This document shows positions 48,059-57,044 of a stretch of 64,000 bases of DNA, piece by piece. The position numbers were made by a program, and so were the translations under genes. Under the pieces are notes generated by a model. The model was not told the origin of the DNA. It worked only from the letters and a program-made list of their open reading frames with translations, and did not search any database. Origin of the DNA: Nannocystales bacterium (lineage in GTDB: Bacteria > Myxococcota_A > Polyangia > Nannocystales > Nannocystaceae); NCBI GenBank assembly GCA_050633305.1, contig JBOEGF010000022.1, positions 1 to 64,000 on the forward strand, written 5' to 3'. Numbering within the stretch: position 1 is the first letter of the stretch; each line of letters begins with the position of its first letter.

Positions 48059-48895
48059 ATGAACGACGACGAACCTCCGAATCCGAAGCCTCCTCGTGCT
48101 GTCCTCAAATTTGGCGGGGAGGTTGTTGCAGATACCGCGGCGCTGGTCCGCGTCCTCGATGAAGTACGTGCGCTCATCGCCGACGGATGGAGCTTCGTCC
48201 TCGTCCACGGCGGCGGCCCACAATCCAACGACCACGCCGCCGCGCTCGGCCTCGAGGTTCAGAAGGTCGCAGGGCGACGCGTGACTGACGGTGCGACGCT
48301 CGAAGTGGCCAAACAGATTCTCGCAGGCGCCGTGAACGTAGACGTTGTCGCGACCGCAAGAGCCCGTGGTGTTCGTGCCGTGGGTCTCGCCGGAGTCAGC
48401 CTCCTCACAGCGACCCGACGTGCCGCGGAGGTGGTCGAGGGAGAACCGGTCGACTGGGGGTTCGTCGGTGAAGTGGCGGGGGTCGACACGGCACTTGTTG
48501 AACTGTTGTGGGCTGATGGACGTACCCCCGTGCTCGCTCCGCTCGCTGCGGATTCCAATGGACAGGCCTACAACATCAACGCTGACACGGTCGCATCCGC
48601 GATCGCGGCGGCTGTCCACGCGGACCACCTCTTTCTCATGACTGCAGCAGGCGGCGTGCTCGGGGACATCACAGACCCCGACACTCGAATCCCCACCCTC
48701 ACGCCCACCGAAGCTCGGGACGCGATCGCCACGGGCGTCATCGCGGGCGGGATGATTCCAAAGGTTGCCGATGCGCTCGACCAGCTCGAGCGCGGCATCG
48801 GCGTCGTGCACATCCTGGGCGCCTGTTCGTTGCGCGCGGCCGCGAATGACCCCGGGTGTGTCGGGACGGCGATCGCGTCAAAGGAACTGCGATGA
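48059..48895 (+). CDS. argB: Acetylglutamate kinase
   Basis: VLKFGG; LVHGGGPQ; GRRVTD; DWGFVGEV; YNINADTVA; GVIAGGMIPKV. Confidence 0.93.
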   Translation: MNDDEPPNPKPPRAVLKFGGEVVADTAALVRVLDEVRALIADGWSFVLVHGGGPQSNDHAAALGLEVQKVAGRRVTDGATLEVAKQILAGAVNVDVVATARARGVRAVGLAGVSLLTATRRAAEVVEGEPVDWGFVGEVAGVDTALVELLWADGRTPVLAPLAADSNGQAYNINADTVASAIAAAVHADHLFLMTAAGGVLGDITDPDTRIPTLTPTEARDAIATGVIAGGMIPKVADALDQLERGIGVVHILGACSLRAAANDPGCVGTAIASKELR

Positions 48896-50175
48896 GCGAA
48901 GCCGACATCCTCGCCTTGCTGACGATCGTGCTTTGCCTGGGCGGCAGCATGTTCTTCTCGGGTTCCGAGACCGCGGTGACTTCGCTGGGAGAGCACCAGG
49001 CGGCCAAGATTCTCGAAGACGGGGGCCGTGACGCGCGCACCGTGTCGAGCTGGGTGAAATCGCCGGTGAAGGTTCTCTCTACGATCCTCGTGGGGAACAA
49101 CATCACCAACACGCTGATGGGCGCGATGGCGACGGCCCTGGCCATCGAGCATCTCGAAGGTGGCGCCTGGGGAGACTGGGCGGTCCCGGTTGCGGTGTTT
49201 GTCACCACGGTCTTGTTGCTGGTCTTCGGGGAGATTTTCCCAAAAGCGGTCGGCCGGGCGTACTCGCACAAGCTCGCGCTTCCTCTGCTTTCCGTGCTCA
49301 ACGTTCTGGGCCGGGTGCTCTCTCCGGTGGTGTGGACGCTGACGAAGCTGACCAACTGGATGCTCGCTCGGACGGTGTCCGGAGAGCACGGGCACAGCAA
49401 GGTCACCTCCGACGACCTCGACTTCTTGGTCAAGGTTGGTCAGCGAGAGGGCACCATCGCGGCCGACCAAGCCGAGCTGCTGCGCGGCATCTTTCGCTTC
49501 GATGACAAGATCGTGCGCGACATCATGGTGCCGCAGCGCGACGTGACCGCGATCGACTTCGACTGGGACGTCGAGCGGGTGGTCGAAGTGGCTCGTCACT
49601 CGGGCCACTCACGCATGCCCGTGTTCGAAGGCGATCTCGACTCGATCAAGGGCGTGCTCCACATCAAGTCCCTCATCGGGCAACACGATGCCGGTCGCGA
49701 AAAGGTGGAGCAGGCGATGCGCTCGCCGTTGTTCGTCGCCGAGAGCCTGCTGATCTCCGACCTGCTCCAGCGGTTCAAAGAGGAGCGCAAGCACCTCGCG
49801 ATCGTGGTGGACGACGGGGGCCACACGGTCGGGGTGGTCACGCTCGAGGACGTGCTGGAGCAGATCGTGGGCAAGATCTTTGACGAGAGCGACCAGGCAC
49901 CCTCGGCTGCGCTCGACCACCTCGGGGTCTGTTATCTCGACGGGACCGCCAGTCTCCGCAATGTGGAGGAGACCTTCGACATGGAGTTCGAAGAACTCGA
50001 CGGTGTCGACTCGGTGGGCGACCTGCTCACGCAACTCGCCGGACAGATTCCCATCGCGGGTTCGGTCGTGGTGTTCGAGAACCTTCGGTTCAAGATCCTG
50101 GCCGCCAACGACCGTCGCGTCATTCGAGTCAGCGTCGAGGCGGTCGAACTCGACGAGCACTCCAGCGACTCGTAG
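48892..50175 (+). CDS. HlyC/CorC (CNNM) family transporter: DUF21 + CBS pair + CorC domain
   Basis: FFSGSETA; ILVGNNITN; VFGEIFPK; VRDIMVP; HSRMPV; HLAIVVDDGG..GVVTLEDVLEQIVGKIFDE. Confidence 0.93.
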   Translation: MSEADILALLTIVLCLGGSMFFSGSETAVTSLGEHQAAKILEDGGRDARTVSSWVKSPVKVLSTILVGNNITNTLMGAMATALAIEHLEGGAWGDWAVPVAVFVTTVLLLVFGEIFPKAVGRAYSHKLALPLLSVLNVLGRVLSPVVWTLTKLTNWMLARTVSGEHGHSKVTSDDLDFLVKVGQREGTIAADQAELLRGIFRFDDKIVRDIMVPQRDVTAIDFDWDVERVVEVARHSGHSRMPVFEGDLDSIKGVLHIKSLIGQHDAGREKVEQAMRSPLFVAESLLISDLLQRFKEERKHLAIVVDDGGHTVGVVTLEDVLEQIVGKIFDESDQAPSAALDHLGVCYLDGTASLRNVEETFDMEFEELDGVDSVGDLLTQLAGQIPIAGSVVVFENLRFKILAANDRRVIRVSVEAVELDEHSSDS

Positions 50176-50212
50176 GGCGGACCACCGCCGGCCCGGGGGG
50201 CGACGGGAGAGC

Positions 50213-52288
50213 TCAGCCGGCGTGCCCGAGCGCGCGTGCGAGCGCCCAGGTCGGAAAAACCTGCCGGTACAGCTCGTAGTCCAACACCGAGGTGTTGAAG
50301 AAGACGCCGGAGGGGGTCTCCGGCGGCCACAGGCCGTCGTCGCGCTGTCGGTCCCGAAGGAAGGCAAGCCCCGTTTCGATCGCCTCGGTCTCGTGGGGCG
50401 CGATTTCCTGCAGCGTCAGCACGGCCCAGGCGGTCTGGGTGACTGTGCTGGCTTCGTTGGGCTCGAGGTCGTGGGGCGCGTCGTTGAGCAGCCCCAGGTA
50501 GCTCTCGCCCCAGCCGCCGTCGGGTCGTTGATGCTCCACGAGCCACCGGCTGGCCCGTGCAAAAGCGGGGTGTGAGGGGGGGAGCCCCGCTGCGAGCAGG
50601 CCCGAGCAGGCGAAAAACGTCCCGTAGGTGACGTTGACGCCCCAGAAACCGAGCCAGCCGCCGTCTTCGTGCTGCTGTTCGAGCAAGAAGGCGCGGCCAT
50701 CCGTCACGGCCTTGCGTACGCTGGAGCGGAGCTCGCTGGGCATGGATTCGCCCAGCTCGCGCTCTGCATACGCGAGACCGCGAACGCAGCTGCCCGTGCA
50801 CTCGGTGTACGAGTACTCCAGCATGCAGTTGCCGTAGATCTCCGCCGGGTTGTAGTGCTTGAGCACCATCGGCCCACGGCGAGGCTCGTAGGAGCCGAAC
50901 CCACCATCGTCGTTTTGGCGTTGGAGGATGAACTCGACCGCGCACAGCTTGCGGCCCAGCTGCAGCCGCCCAACCTCGTCGCTCAGCCCGGCATCTTCGA
51001 TACGCATCAGCGCTTCGAGGGCCTCGGCGGTGCAGTCGCTGACGGGCCACGGATGGTTCTCGTTCGCGAATCCCCAGCCGCCGTACGCGGGCTCGCGGAA
51101 GTGTCGGGAACCACCGCGGACGTCGGCCTGCATCTGCGCCGTCGGCAGCCAACGCGACGCGGCGTGGGCGATCGAGCGCGCCTGGTCGCTTTGGGGACCT
51201 TCGCTCAACGCTTGAAGCATGAACGAGGTGTCCCAGATGTCGGATCGGGCACCTGCGAATCGCGTCCCGAGGGTCTCGTCCTCCCAGACCCAGTACTCCA
51301 TCGCGGCCATGCCCTTGGCGAGCTCGGGGTGCTGGGGGTCCTCTGCGTGCAGCGCCAGGCAGAAGAGGAACCCGTTGACGGGGCTGAGGCACACGTAGTC
51401 CGTCGAACGAAACTCGAACAGGATGTGCTCCATCGCCTTGCTGAGGGCTCGCTTGCGAACCACGCCGGGGACGACACGGTCGACCCGTCGAAGGCCGGCG
51501 AAGATCTTCTTGAGCGCGGGCGCCGGCTCCTCGTAAAGGTCCGTCGCCGCGATCGACTCGGTGTGTTGCTCGAAGTCTTCGGCTCGGTAGCCACGCGGGT
51601 ACAGCTCCGAGCGAATGGCATCGAGCAACGGTCCACTGGGCGCCACCACCTTGGCGCCGTACAGGTACGACAAGCCGAGGTAGATCAAGCGCATGTGGCA
51701 GTACAGCCGCCGCGGGTGCATCGGCGCCGACTCGGGAAGCAGCCACAGCTCGGGCATGATCGGCTGCGCTCCGGTCCACGGGTACAGGCCCAACAAGGCG
51801 AGCCAGATCCGGCCCCACGTAGGGATCGTGTAGACGCCCCCGGCCTCCGAAATGAAGCTCCGCGCTCGGACACACATCGGGTCGTCGGCGGGGGCCCCGA
51901 GCAATCGCAGCGCGACGTACCCGAGCGTCGTGTGGAACAACCACGCCTTTCCGCGAAAGGCGCGGGGCTCATTCGGGTCGCCGGTGTGAACGACCGGGAG
52001 CATCCCCCAGCCGCCGCCGGGGAACTCTTGGACCTCGAGGCTACGGCGGATCAGTGCCCGGCGAGCCTGAGGGATCTCGTGTCCGGTGATGTGGCAGACG
52101 AAGACGTACTGACACACCAGCATCGGGTTCCAAACGACCTCGCCCGCGAAGGCGCCGTTGTCTTGCTGTCGACCGGCGAGCCCGTCCAAAGCCTTGGCGT
52201 AGGCTTGGGCGTTCGGGTCCGTGGAAAGCTCGGGGGGCGGCGTCGTTGTTGCCCCGGAGACGTTCGCGTGGCTGTGGTTTTGGCTCAT
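50213..52288 (-). CDS. Oxidosqualene-cyclase-type triterpene cyclase (divergent)
   Basis: VSDCTAE catalytic motif (not the SHC DxDD); IPTWGRIWLALLGLYPW..PELWLLP..HP..YCHMR; QW repeats QNDDGGF, QHEDGGW, QRPDGGWGE, QRDDGLW; NPAEIYGNCMLEYSYTECT. Confidence 0.92.
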   Translation of the reverse strand: MSQNHSHANVSGATTTPPPELSTDPNAQAYAKALDGLAGRQQDNGAFAGEVVWNPMLVCQYVFVCHITGHEIPQARRALIRRSLEVQEFPGGGWGMLPVVHTGDPNEPRAFRGKAWLFHTTLGYVALRLLGAPADDPMCVRARSFISEAGGVYTIPTWGRIWLALLGLYPWTGAQPIMPELWLLPESAPMHPRRLYCHMRLIYLGLSYLYGAKVVAPSGPLLDAIRSELYPRGYRAEDFEQHTESIAATDLYEEPAPALKKIFAGLRRVDRVVPGVVRKRALSKAMEHILFEFRSTDYVCLSPVNGFLFCLALHAEDPQHPELAKGMAAMEYWVWEDETLGTRFAGARSDIWDTSFMLQALSEGPQSDQARSIAHAASRWLPTAQMQADVRGGSRHFREPAYGGWGFANENHPWPVSDCTAEALEALMRIEDAGLSDEVGRLQLGRKLCAVEFILQRQNDDGGFGSYEPRRGPMVLKHYNPAEIYGNCMLEYSYTECTGSCVRGLAYAERELGESMPSELRSSVRKAVTDGRAFLLEQQHEDGGWLGFWGVNVTYGTFFACSGLLAAGLPPSHPAFARASRWLVEHQRPDGGWGESYLGLLNDAPHDLEPNEASTVTQTAWAVLTLQEIAPHETEAIETGLAFLRDRQRDDGLWPPETPSGVFFNTSVLDYELYRQVFPTWALARALGHAG

Positions 52289-52377
52289 GGTCGGGTTGGC
52301 CTCAGTCCCGTCTGCGACCCGGAGCGCCCGCGGAGCAACCCCGGGGACCCCCCGGAGACCGCCCGGGGACCACCCGG

Positions 52378-53052
52378 TCAATCGCTCGGACGTAGCACGA
52401 GGAACCACTGGTGGGGAAGGAAGGTTTCCTCCGACTCGACCACGAACCCGGCTTGCGCGAGCTCCCCTTTCGCGGTTTCGACGTCGATCCGGTGCTGCGG
52501 AGCAGGCGCAATCCCCTCTGGGGGGGTCGCATCGGGGCGGAAGTCGAGAAGCACCAGCCGCCCCTCGTCCTTGAGGGCTGCGCGAACCCGTGTGAAGTAG
52601 GGCACACGGCTCCGAATGTACGCGTACGTGTTGGCCGAGAAGACCAGGTCGAGCCCATCCTGCGGCAGCATCGGGTCGTCGTAGTGGGCCAGGTGGGGCT
52701 CGATGTTGGGCGTGCCCCACTGCTCGCGCTGCTCGAGCAGGTAGTCCTCGAACTCACCGTCGACATCGACCGCGTAGACCCGCCCCTCGGGCACCAAGAG
52801 CGCGAGGCGGCGTGTGAAGTAGCCCGAGCCCGCACCAATGTCGGCGACCGTGGATGCTTTGGCGGGGGCGGGCAGGGCGTCCACCACCCGATCGGGTTGT
52901 TGCCATGCGTCGCGCTGCGGGTCCTCGAAGACCTCGATCATCGCGCGCGGGTCGTCGTAGTGCTGCGGAGGCCCGCTGTTCTTCCCCGGGCACCCCGCTG
53001 CGAAGGCGACGAGGAGCAACGGTGCCGCGATCCGGGGCAGCTTACAGGCCAT
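52378..53052 (-). CDS. Class I SAM-dependent methyltransferase with a lipoprotein-like N-terminus
   Basis: RDAWQQPDRVV; VADIGAGSGYFT; VYAVD; LKDEGRLVLLDF; FLPHQWF; FAAGC lipobox-like. Confidence 0.88.
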   Translation of the reverse strand: MACKLPRIAAPLLLVAFAAGCPGKNSGPPQHYDDPRAMIEVFEDPQRDAWQQPDRVVDALPAPAKASTVADIGAGSGYFTRRLALLVPEGRVYAVDVDGEFEDYLLEQREQWGTPNIEPHLAHYDDPMLPQDGLDLVFSANTYAYIRSRVPYFTRVRAALKDEGRLVLLDFRPDATPPEGIAPAPQHRIDVETAKGELAQAGFVVESEETFLPHQWFLVLRPSD

Positions 53053-53150
53053 AGGACAAGGGTATGCCGCCACTTGCATCGCCGTAAAGGGTGGACGCAC
53101 GCCCATGCGACTCCGATCTCTGGCGGGGTGTTGGTAAGCTCCCGCGGCCC

Positions 53151-53918
53151 ATGTCGGCCCCTGCCGCCGCACCCTCGAGTGCACCGCCCCCTTTTGATCC
53201 GGACTCGATGCAGAGCCGGGTCCCGACCGAACTCCGCGCGGAGGGGACGTGGCTTCGGCGCTGCGCTCGCACACTGTTGGGCGTAGTGGTGTCGCCACAG
53301 CGCGTGTTCTTGCGCTGCCCCGAACCCATCGATCACGGCACCGCGCTTCGATTCCTCGCGACGCTACGCTTGCTGCCGTGGCTTGGCCTCGTCGCCTGGC
53401 TCGGCGCGGCGTTTGTGGTGTCGCCCGAGCGCGAGCTCGTGACGAGCCGGTCGATCCACGTCCTGTTGGATCCGGCGATGCTCGAGGCGCTCTCGGTCTG
53501 GCTTCTGGTGATGGTTCCCGTGGGTATGCCGCTGCTCTACTTCGTGTGCGGACTCGTCTCGCACGTCGCGGTCGGTCTCACGGGGGGGGCCTCTCGATCG
53601 GTCGGTGCCAGTATGCGTGCGGTCGGCTACGCGATGGGCCCGGCGCTGCTTGGGATCGCGGTGCTCGACGTCCTGCTCTTCACGGTGGGCGTCGACGGAA
53701 ACCTGTTCCTCGGCATCGCGTTGGGGTTGGTGGTCGTCTTTCTGTGGTCCGCCTCGGTTGGCTTGGCGCGCACCCACCAGATTCATCTGCTACGGGCGCT
53801 CTTGGTCGCGTTGCTTCCCACGGTGATCTTGTTCGCGGCGTTCGCCGGCCGGGCCGCATTGCAACTCGAAGAGCTGCCGTTCGTGCCCGAGCCTGCCTCC
53901 CCGTACGTTGTTCCCTAG
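53151..53918 (+). CDS. YIP1-family multi-pass membrane protein
   Basis: VVVSPQRVF; several TMs; ASMRAVGYA; GLARTHQI..RALLVALLP. Confidence 0.75.
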   Translation: MSAPAAAPSSAPPPFDPDSMQSRVPTELRAEGTWLRRCARTLLGVVVSPQRVFLRCPEPIDHGTALRFLATLRLLPWLGLVAWLGAAFVVSPERELVTSRSIHVLLDPAMLEALSVWLLVMVPVGMPLLYFVCGLVSHVAVGLTGGASRSVGASMRAVGYAMGPALLGIAVLDVLLFTVGVDGNLFLGIALGLVVVFLWSASVGLARTHQIHLLRALLVALLPTVILFAAFAGRAALQLEELPFVPEPASPYVVP

Positions 53919-53924
53919 CGGGGC

Positions 53925-55157
53925 CTACAACTCCTCGATCACCGAGCCCCCGTCGACGGCCGAAATCGGCCGTCCGCCGCTGGAGAGTCGAACATCCTCG
54001 GGGTCGAGGCCGAGCTTGGTGTGCACTGTCCGGTGCAAGTCCGCGACGGAAACCGGTCGCTCGGTCACCGCGACGCCGTCTGCGTCGGTCGCCCCCACGA
54101 CCTGACCTCCGGAGACCCCGCCGCCGGCGAGGACAGCGGATGCGACGTGCGGGTAGTGGTCGCGACCTCCGCGAGCATTGATTCTTGGCGTCCGCCCAAA
54201 GTCTCCCATCCACAGCACCAACGTCTCGTCGAGTCGTCCGCTGGATTTGAGGTCGTCCAGCAGCGCGGACATGGCCGTGTCGAGCTCAGCGCTGAGCGCT
54301 GCGACGCGCTCAAAGTTGTTCTCGTGGGTGTCCCACCCGCCCATCTGGACCTCGACGAACGGGACCCCCCGCTCGACGAGGCGTCTTGCCATCAGGCAGC
54401 CTTGGCCAAACTTTCCAGGGCCGTATCGCTCGCTCACGGTCCGAGGCTCCTGGTCCAGATCGAAGGCCTCGAGCTCGGCCGCCCGCATCATGCGAACAGC
54501 CTGGTCCACGACGGCCTCGTGCCCTTGCACGGCGCTCGGGGAGCGTCCGGCGGCGAAGTCGCCCTGCAATGCCGACCACATGTCCAACCGCGCATCGAGC
54601 CGACCCTTCGACATCTCGCTCTCGACGTTCCGGACCGGACGGGTGGGGTTGCTGACCACGAAGGGGTCGTGCGCGGGACCCAGCAGTCCTGCCTTGTGCC
54701 CGGGTCCCCCGACCGCGATGTTTCCCGGCAGTGGCGCTCCGGGGGCTTGGGCCGCGTGGACAAAGGAGCCCAGGCCAGGGTGGCGAGCCCCGCCGGCCGG
54801 AACGAAGCCGGTGTGCATCAGGTAGCGGGCACGGGCGTGGTTGCCCTCGCGGTACGACAGCGACCGGACGATCGCGAGGTCATCGGCGCGGCGCGCCAAG
54901 CCGGGAAGGTGCTCGCTGACGTGCACGCCTGGGATGGTGGTGCGGATGGAACTAAACTCGCCTCCTGTGGGCCGCCCCGGCTTGGGGTCCCAGGTGTCGA
55001 TCTGACTCGCCCCTCCCACCATGTACAGGAGGATGCAGGCCTTGGCCGTTCCCTGCGCCAAGGTGGCCGGTCCGGTGGCATGGGCGGCAGTGGTGACCCC
55101 GGCAGCCAGCGCTCCCAGGCCCAGTCTCATGGCGTTGCGTCGCGTCATCATGGGCAT
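53925..55157 (-). CDS. DUF1501 domain protein (Tat signal)
   Basis: TRRNAM; ACILLYMVGGASQIDTWDPKP; FGQGCLMARRLVERGVPFVEV; GWDTH; LDETLVLWMGDFGRTPRIN; GRDH. Confidence 0.92.
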   Translation of the reverse strand: MPMMTRRNAMRLGLGALAAGVTTAAHATGPATLAQGTAKACILLYMVGGASQIDTWDPKPGRPTGGEFSSIRTTIPGVHVSEHLPGLARRADDLAIVRSLSYREGNHARARYLMHTGFVPAGGARHPGLGSFVHAAQAPGAPLPGNIAVGGPGHKAGLLGPAHDPFVVSNPTRPVRNVESEMSKGRLDARLDMWSALQGDFAAGRSPSAVQGHEAVVDQAVRMMRAAELEAFDLDQEPRTVSERYGPGKFGQGCLMARRLVERGVPFVEVQMGGWDTHENNFERVAALSAELDTAMSALLDDLKSSGRLDETLVLWMGDFGRTPRINARGGRDHYPHVASAVLAGGGVSGGQVVGATDADGVAVTERPVSVADLHRTVHTKLGLDPEDVRLSSGGRPISAVDGGSVIEEL

Positions 55158-55177
55158 GTCGTCTCCTTCGGTCGAGC

Positions 55178-56812
55178 TTAGTGGATGGTGAGGAACTCGC
55201 TGCTCAGCAGCATGGCGTGCATGAGGTCTTCGTAGGCCGAGCTGCCATGCTCGCGCTCTTCGAGGGTCGCGAGGACTCGTGTCTGTTGAGCCTGCGTTGG
55301 ACGTCGGCCGTAGACCCTCAGGTACAGGGCGTCAACGCGGGCCTGTGGGGACTCGTAGCGGCTCAGCACGTCGTACACGGCGGTGCCTTGAACGTCGGAG
55401 GTTCCCGAGCGGATAAGGTCTCCGTTGAGCAACAACAGGGCCTGCGGGACGCTGCCCGAGAACGAGTCGGTGCTGTGCATCTCATCGTCCGAGAACACGA
55501 ACCGGTACTCCTTGAGCGCCCGGTCGCGCCGCTTCTCGAAGTTCTTGCGGAAGCGCGGGCCGCCGCGACCGTCGGCCGAAGTCGCGATCATCAGACTTCG
55601 GAACAGCTGCTCGGCGTTCATCGAGCGCACTGGGTGCTGGGCGAAGACCGCCTCGGCGGCTCGAGTCTGGGCGGGGTCTCGGTCGGGTGCGGCGGAGCTG
55701 CGCTGGTAGGCGTCGCTCAATACGAGGGTGCGCAGCAGATCGTGCAGGTCGTAGCCGTTGCGGACGAATTGCGAGGCGAGGTGTTCGAGGATTGGAGGAT
55801 GGCTTTCGTCATGCTCACCGCCGAGGTCATCCCAGCGGGGGACCAGGCCGACGCCAAACAGCTGCTGCCATGTCCGGGCCACCACGGTCTTGGCGAACAG
55901 GTCGGAGCCTGTGATGTCTTGCGCGAGCGCGGCACGACGGCCAGCGGGGTGCTCACTGGCGCCCTTGGAGAGAAAACCGGGTGCGATCTGGGCGCCCGAG
56001 CGGTCGCCTGGGCCATCCTGCGGGGTGGGCAGGTGCATCTGGCCTCGCTTGCGGTCCGTGAGGGTGGGGACACGCGCGCCGCCTGCTTTCTGAAATCGAA
56101 ACCGCGAGCGCCCGAAGTACGCCGCGAGGGCGTAGAAATCCTCCTGCGAGTAGCGGGGGTCCGAGGGGTGGTCGTGGCACTGCGCACACTCGAGCGTGAT
56201 GCCGAGAAACACCTTCGCGGTCTTGCCGGTCAGCGCCTCGACGTTGTTCTTCTCGCCGTGGCTGATCAGGAATCCGTACGGCCCGACGCCCTCAAACCGC
56301 CCTGTTGCCGTGAGCAACTCGGTTGCGATCGCGTCGTAGCCCATGTTGTCCGCGAAGGCGCCTTCGAGCCACGCCCTCGTATCCTCGGTCACGCGGTTGC
56401 GTTCCCGGGTGCGGCCGGCCAACAACAGGTCCGTATAGAGTTCGGACCAGTGCTCGGCGAACGCTTGCGAACTCAACAGCGTTTCGACCCACGCGACGCG
56501 TTTGTCCTCCCGGGGGTCGGCTTCGTAGGCCGCGAGATCGGTGGCGGTCGGGATTCGTCCCGTGAGGTCGAGGGAGACCCGTCGTACGTAGGTCGCATCG
56601 TCGACGTAGGCGGCGGGTTCGAGTCCCGCAGCGGTCCACCCCGCGCGGAGCAGCCGGTCGAGTTCGGCGTCCTGGCTCGCGCCCGGTCGATCGTGTGTCC
56701 CTTCGTCGCCGCCGAGTTGGGCTCGGGGGGGGACGACACCATCGCGCCGAGCGCACGAGGGAAGCGTGAGCGCGGCGGCGAGAAGTGCAGATGCAAGTGC
56801 GCGAGGGACCAC
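55178..56812 (-). CDS. DUF1549/DUF1553 (planctomycete-type PSCyt2/PSD1) lipoprotein
   Basis: RRVSLDLTGRIPT; VFLGITLECAQCHDHP; DFYALAAYF; HPPILEHLA..F..GYDL..L.R.LV.SDAYQRSS; PQALLLLNG; LLSSEFLTIH. Start approximate. Confidence 0.9.
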   Translation of the reverse strand: MVPRALASALLAAALTLPSCARRDGVVPPRAQLGGDEGTHDRPGASQDAELDRLLRAGWTAAGLEPAAYVDDATYVRRVSLDLTGRIPTATDLAAYEADPREDKRVAWVETLLSSQAFAEHWSELYTDLLLAGRTRERNRVTEDTRAWLEGAFADNMGYDAIATELLTATGRFEGVGPYGFLISHGEKNNVEALTGKTAKVFLGITLECAQCHDHPSDPRYSQEDFYALAAYFGRSRFRFQKAGGARVPTLTDRKRGQMHLPTPQDGPGDRSGAQIAPGFLSKGASEHPAGRRAALAQDITGSDLFAKTVVARTWQQLFGVGLVPRWDDLGGEHDESHPPILEHLASQFVRNGYDLHDLLRTLVLSDAYQRSSAAPDRDPAQTRAAEAVFAQHPVRSMNAEQLFRSLMIATSADGRGGPRFRKNFEKRRDRALKEYRFVFSDDEMHSTDSFSGSVPQALLLLNGDLIRSGTSDVQGTAVYDVLSRYESPQARVDALYLRVYGRRPTQAQQTRVLATLEEREHGSSAYEDLMHAMLLSSEFLTIH

Positions 56813-57016
56813 AGGATCACCATGCCGGCTCGACGGGTTGGACGCCGGTGGGTTTTCTGGCGCTTTACCCCCGAGGAAGATGGGGCGAACTGGGACTTCA
56901 GGCGTTTGAGACGTGGGAGACGTCGTGAAACACCTGCAACACGGGCCCGCGACGCTGAAGATTCGCGGGACGGCTAGGCGTTTGAAATGATTGTGTTTTC
57001 TCTGTTCTTGGCCGGC

Positions 57017-57032
57017 CGGCCTCCGGCGTGCA
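57017..57032 (+). promoter_or_regulatory. Possible sigma54 promoter of the sulfur cluster
   Basis: CGGCCTCCGGCGTGCA has GG-N10-GC spacing; A/T-rich IHF-like patch at ~56980-57000. Predicted +1 near 57043, just before ATG 57045. Confidence 0.35.
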
Positions 57033-57044
57033 CCGTCGTCGAGC

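Noticed and set aside
52378..53052. Methyltransferase upstream of the cyclase as a sterol/triterpene methyltransferase
   Set aside because: It has a lipoprotein-like N-terminus and the generic RDAWQ.P family signature, not sterol C-24 methyltransferase motifs. Adjacency alone is insufficient.
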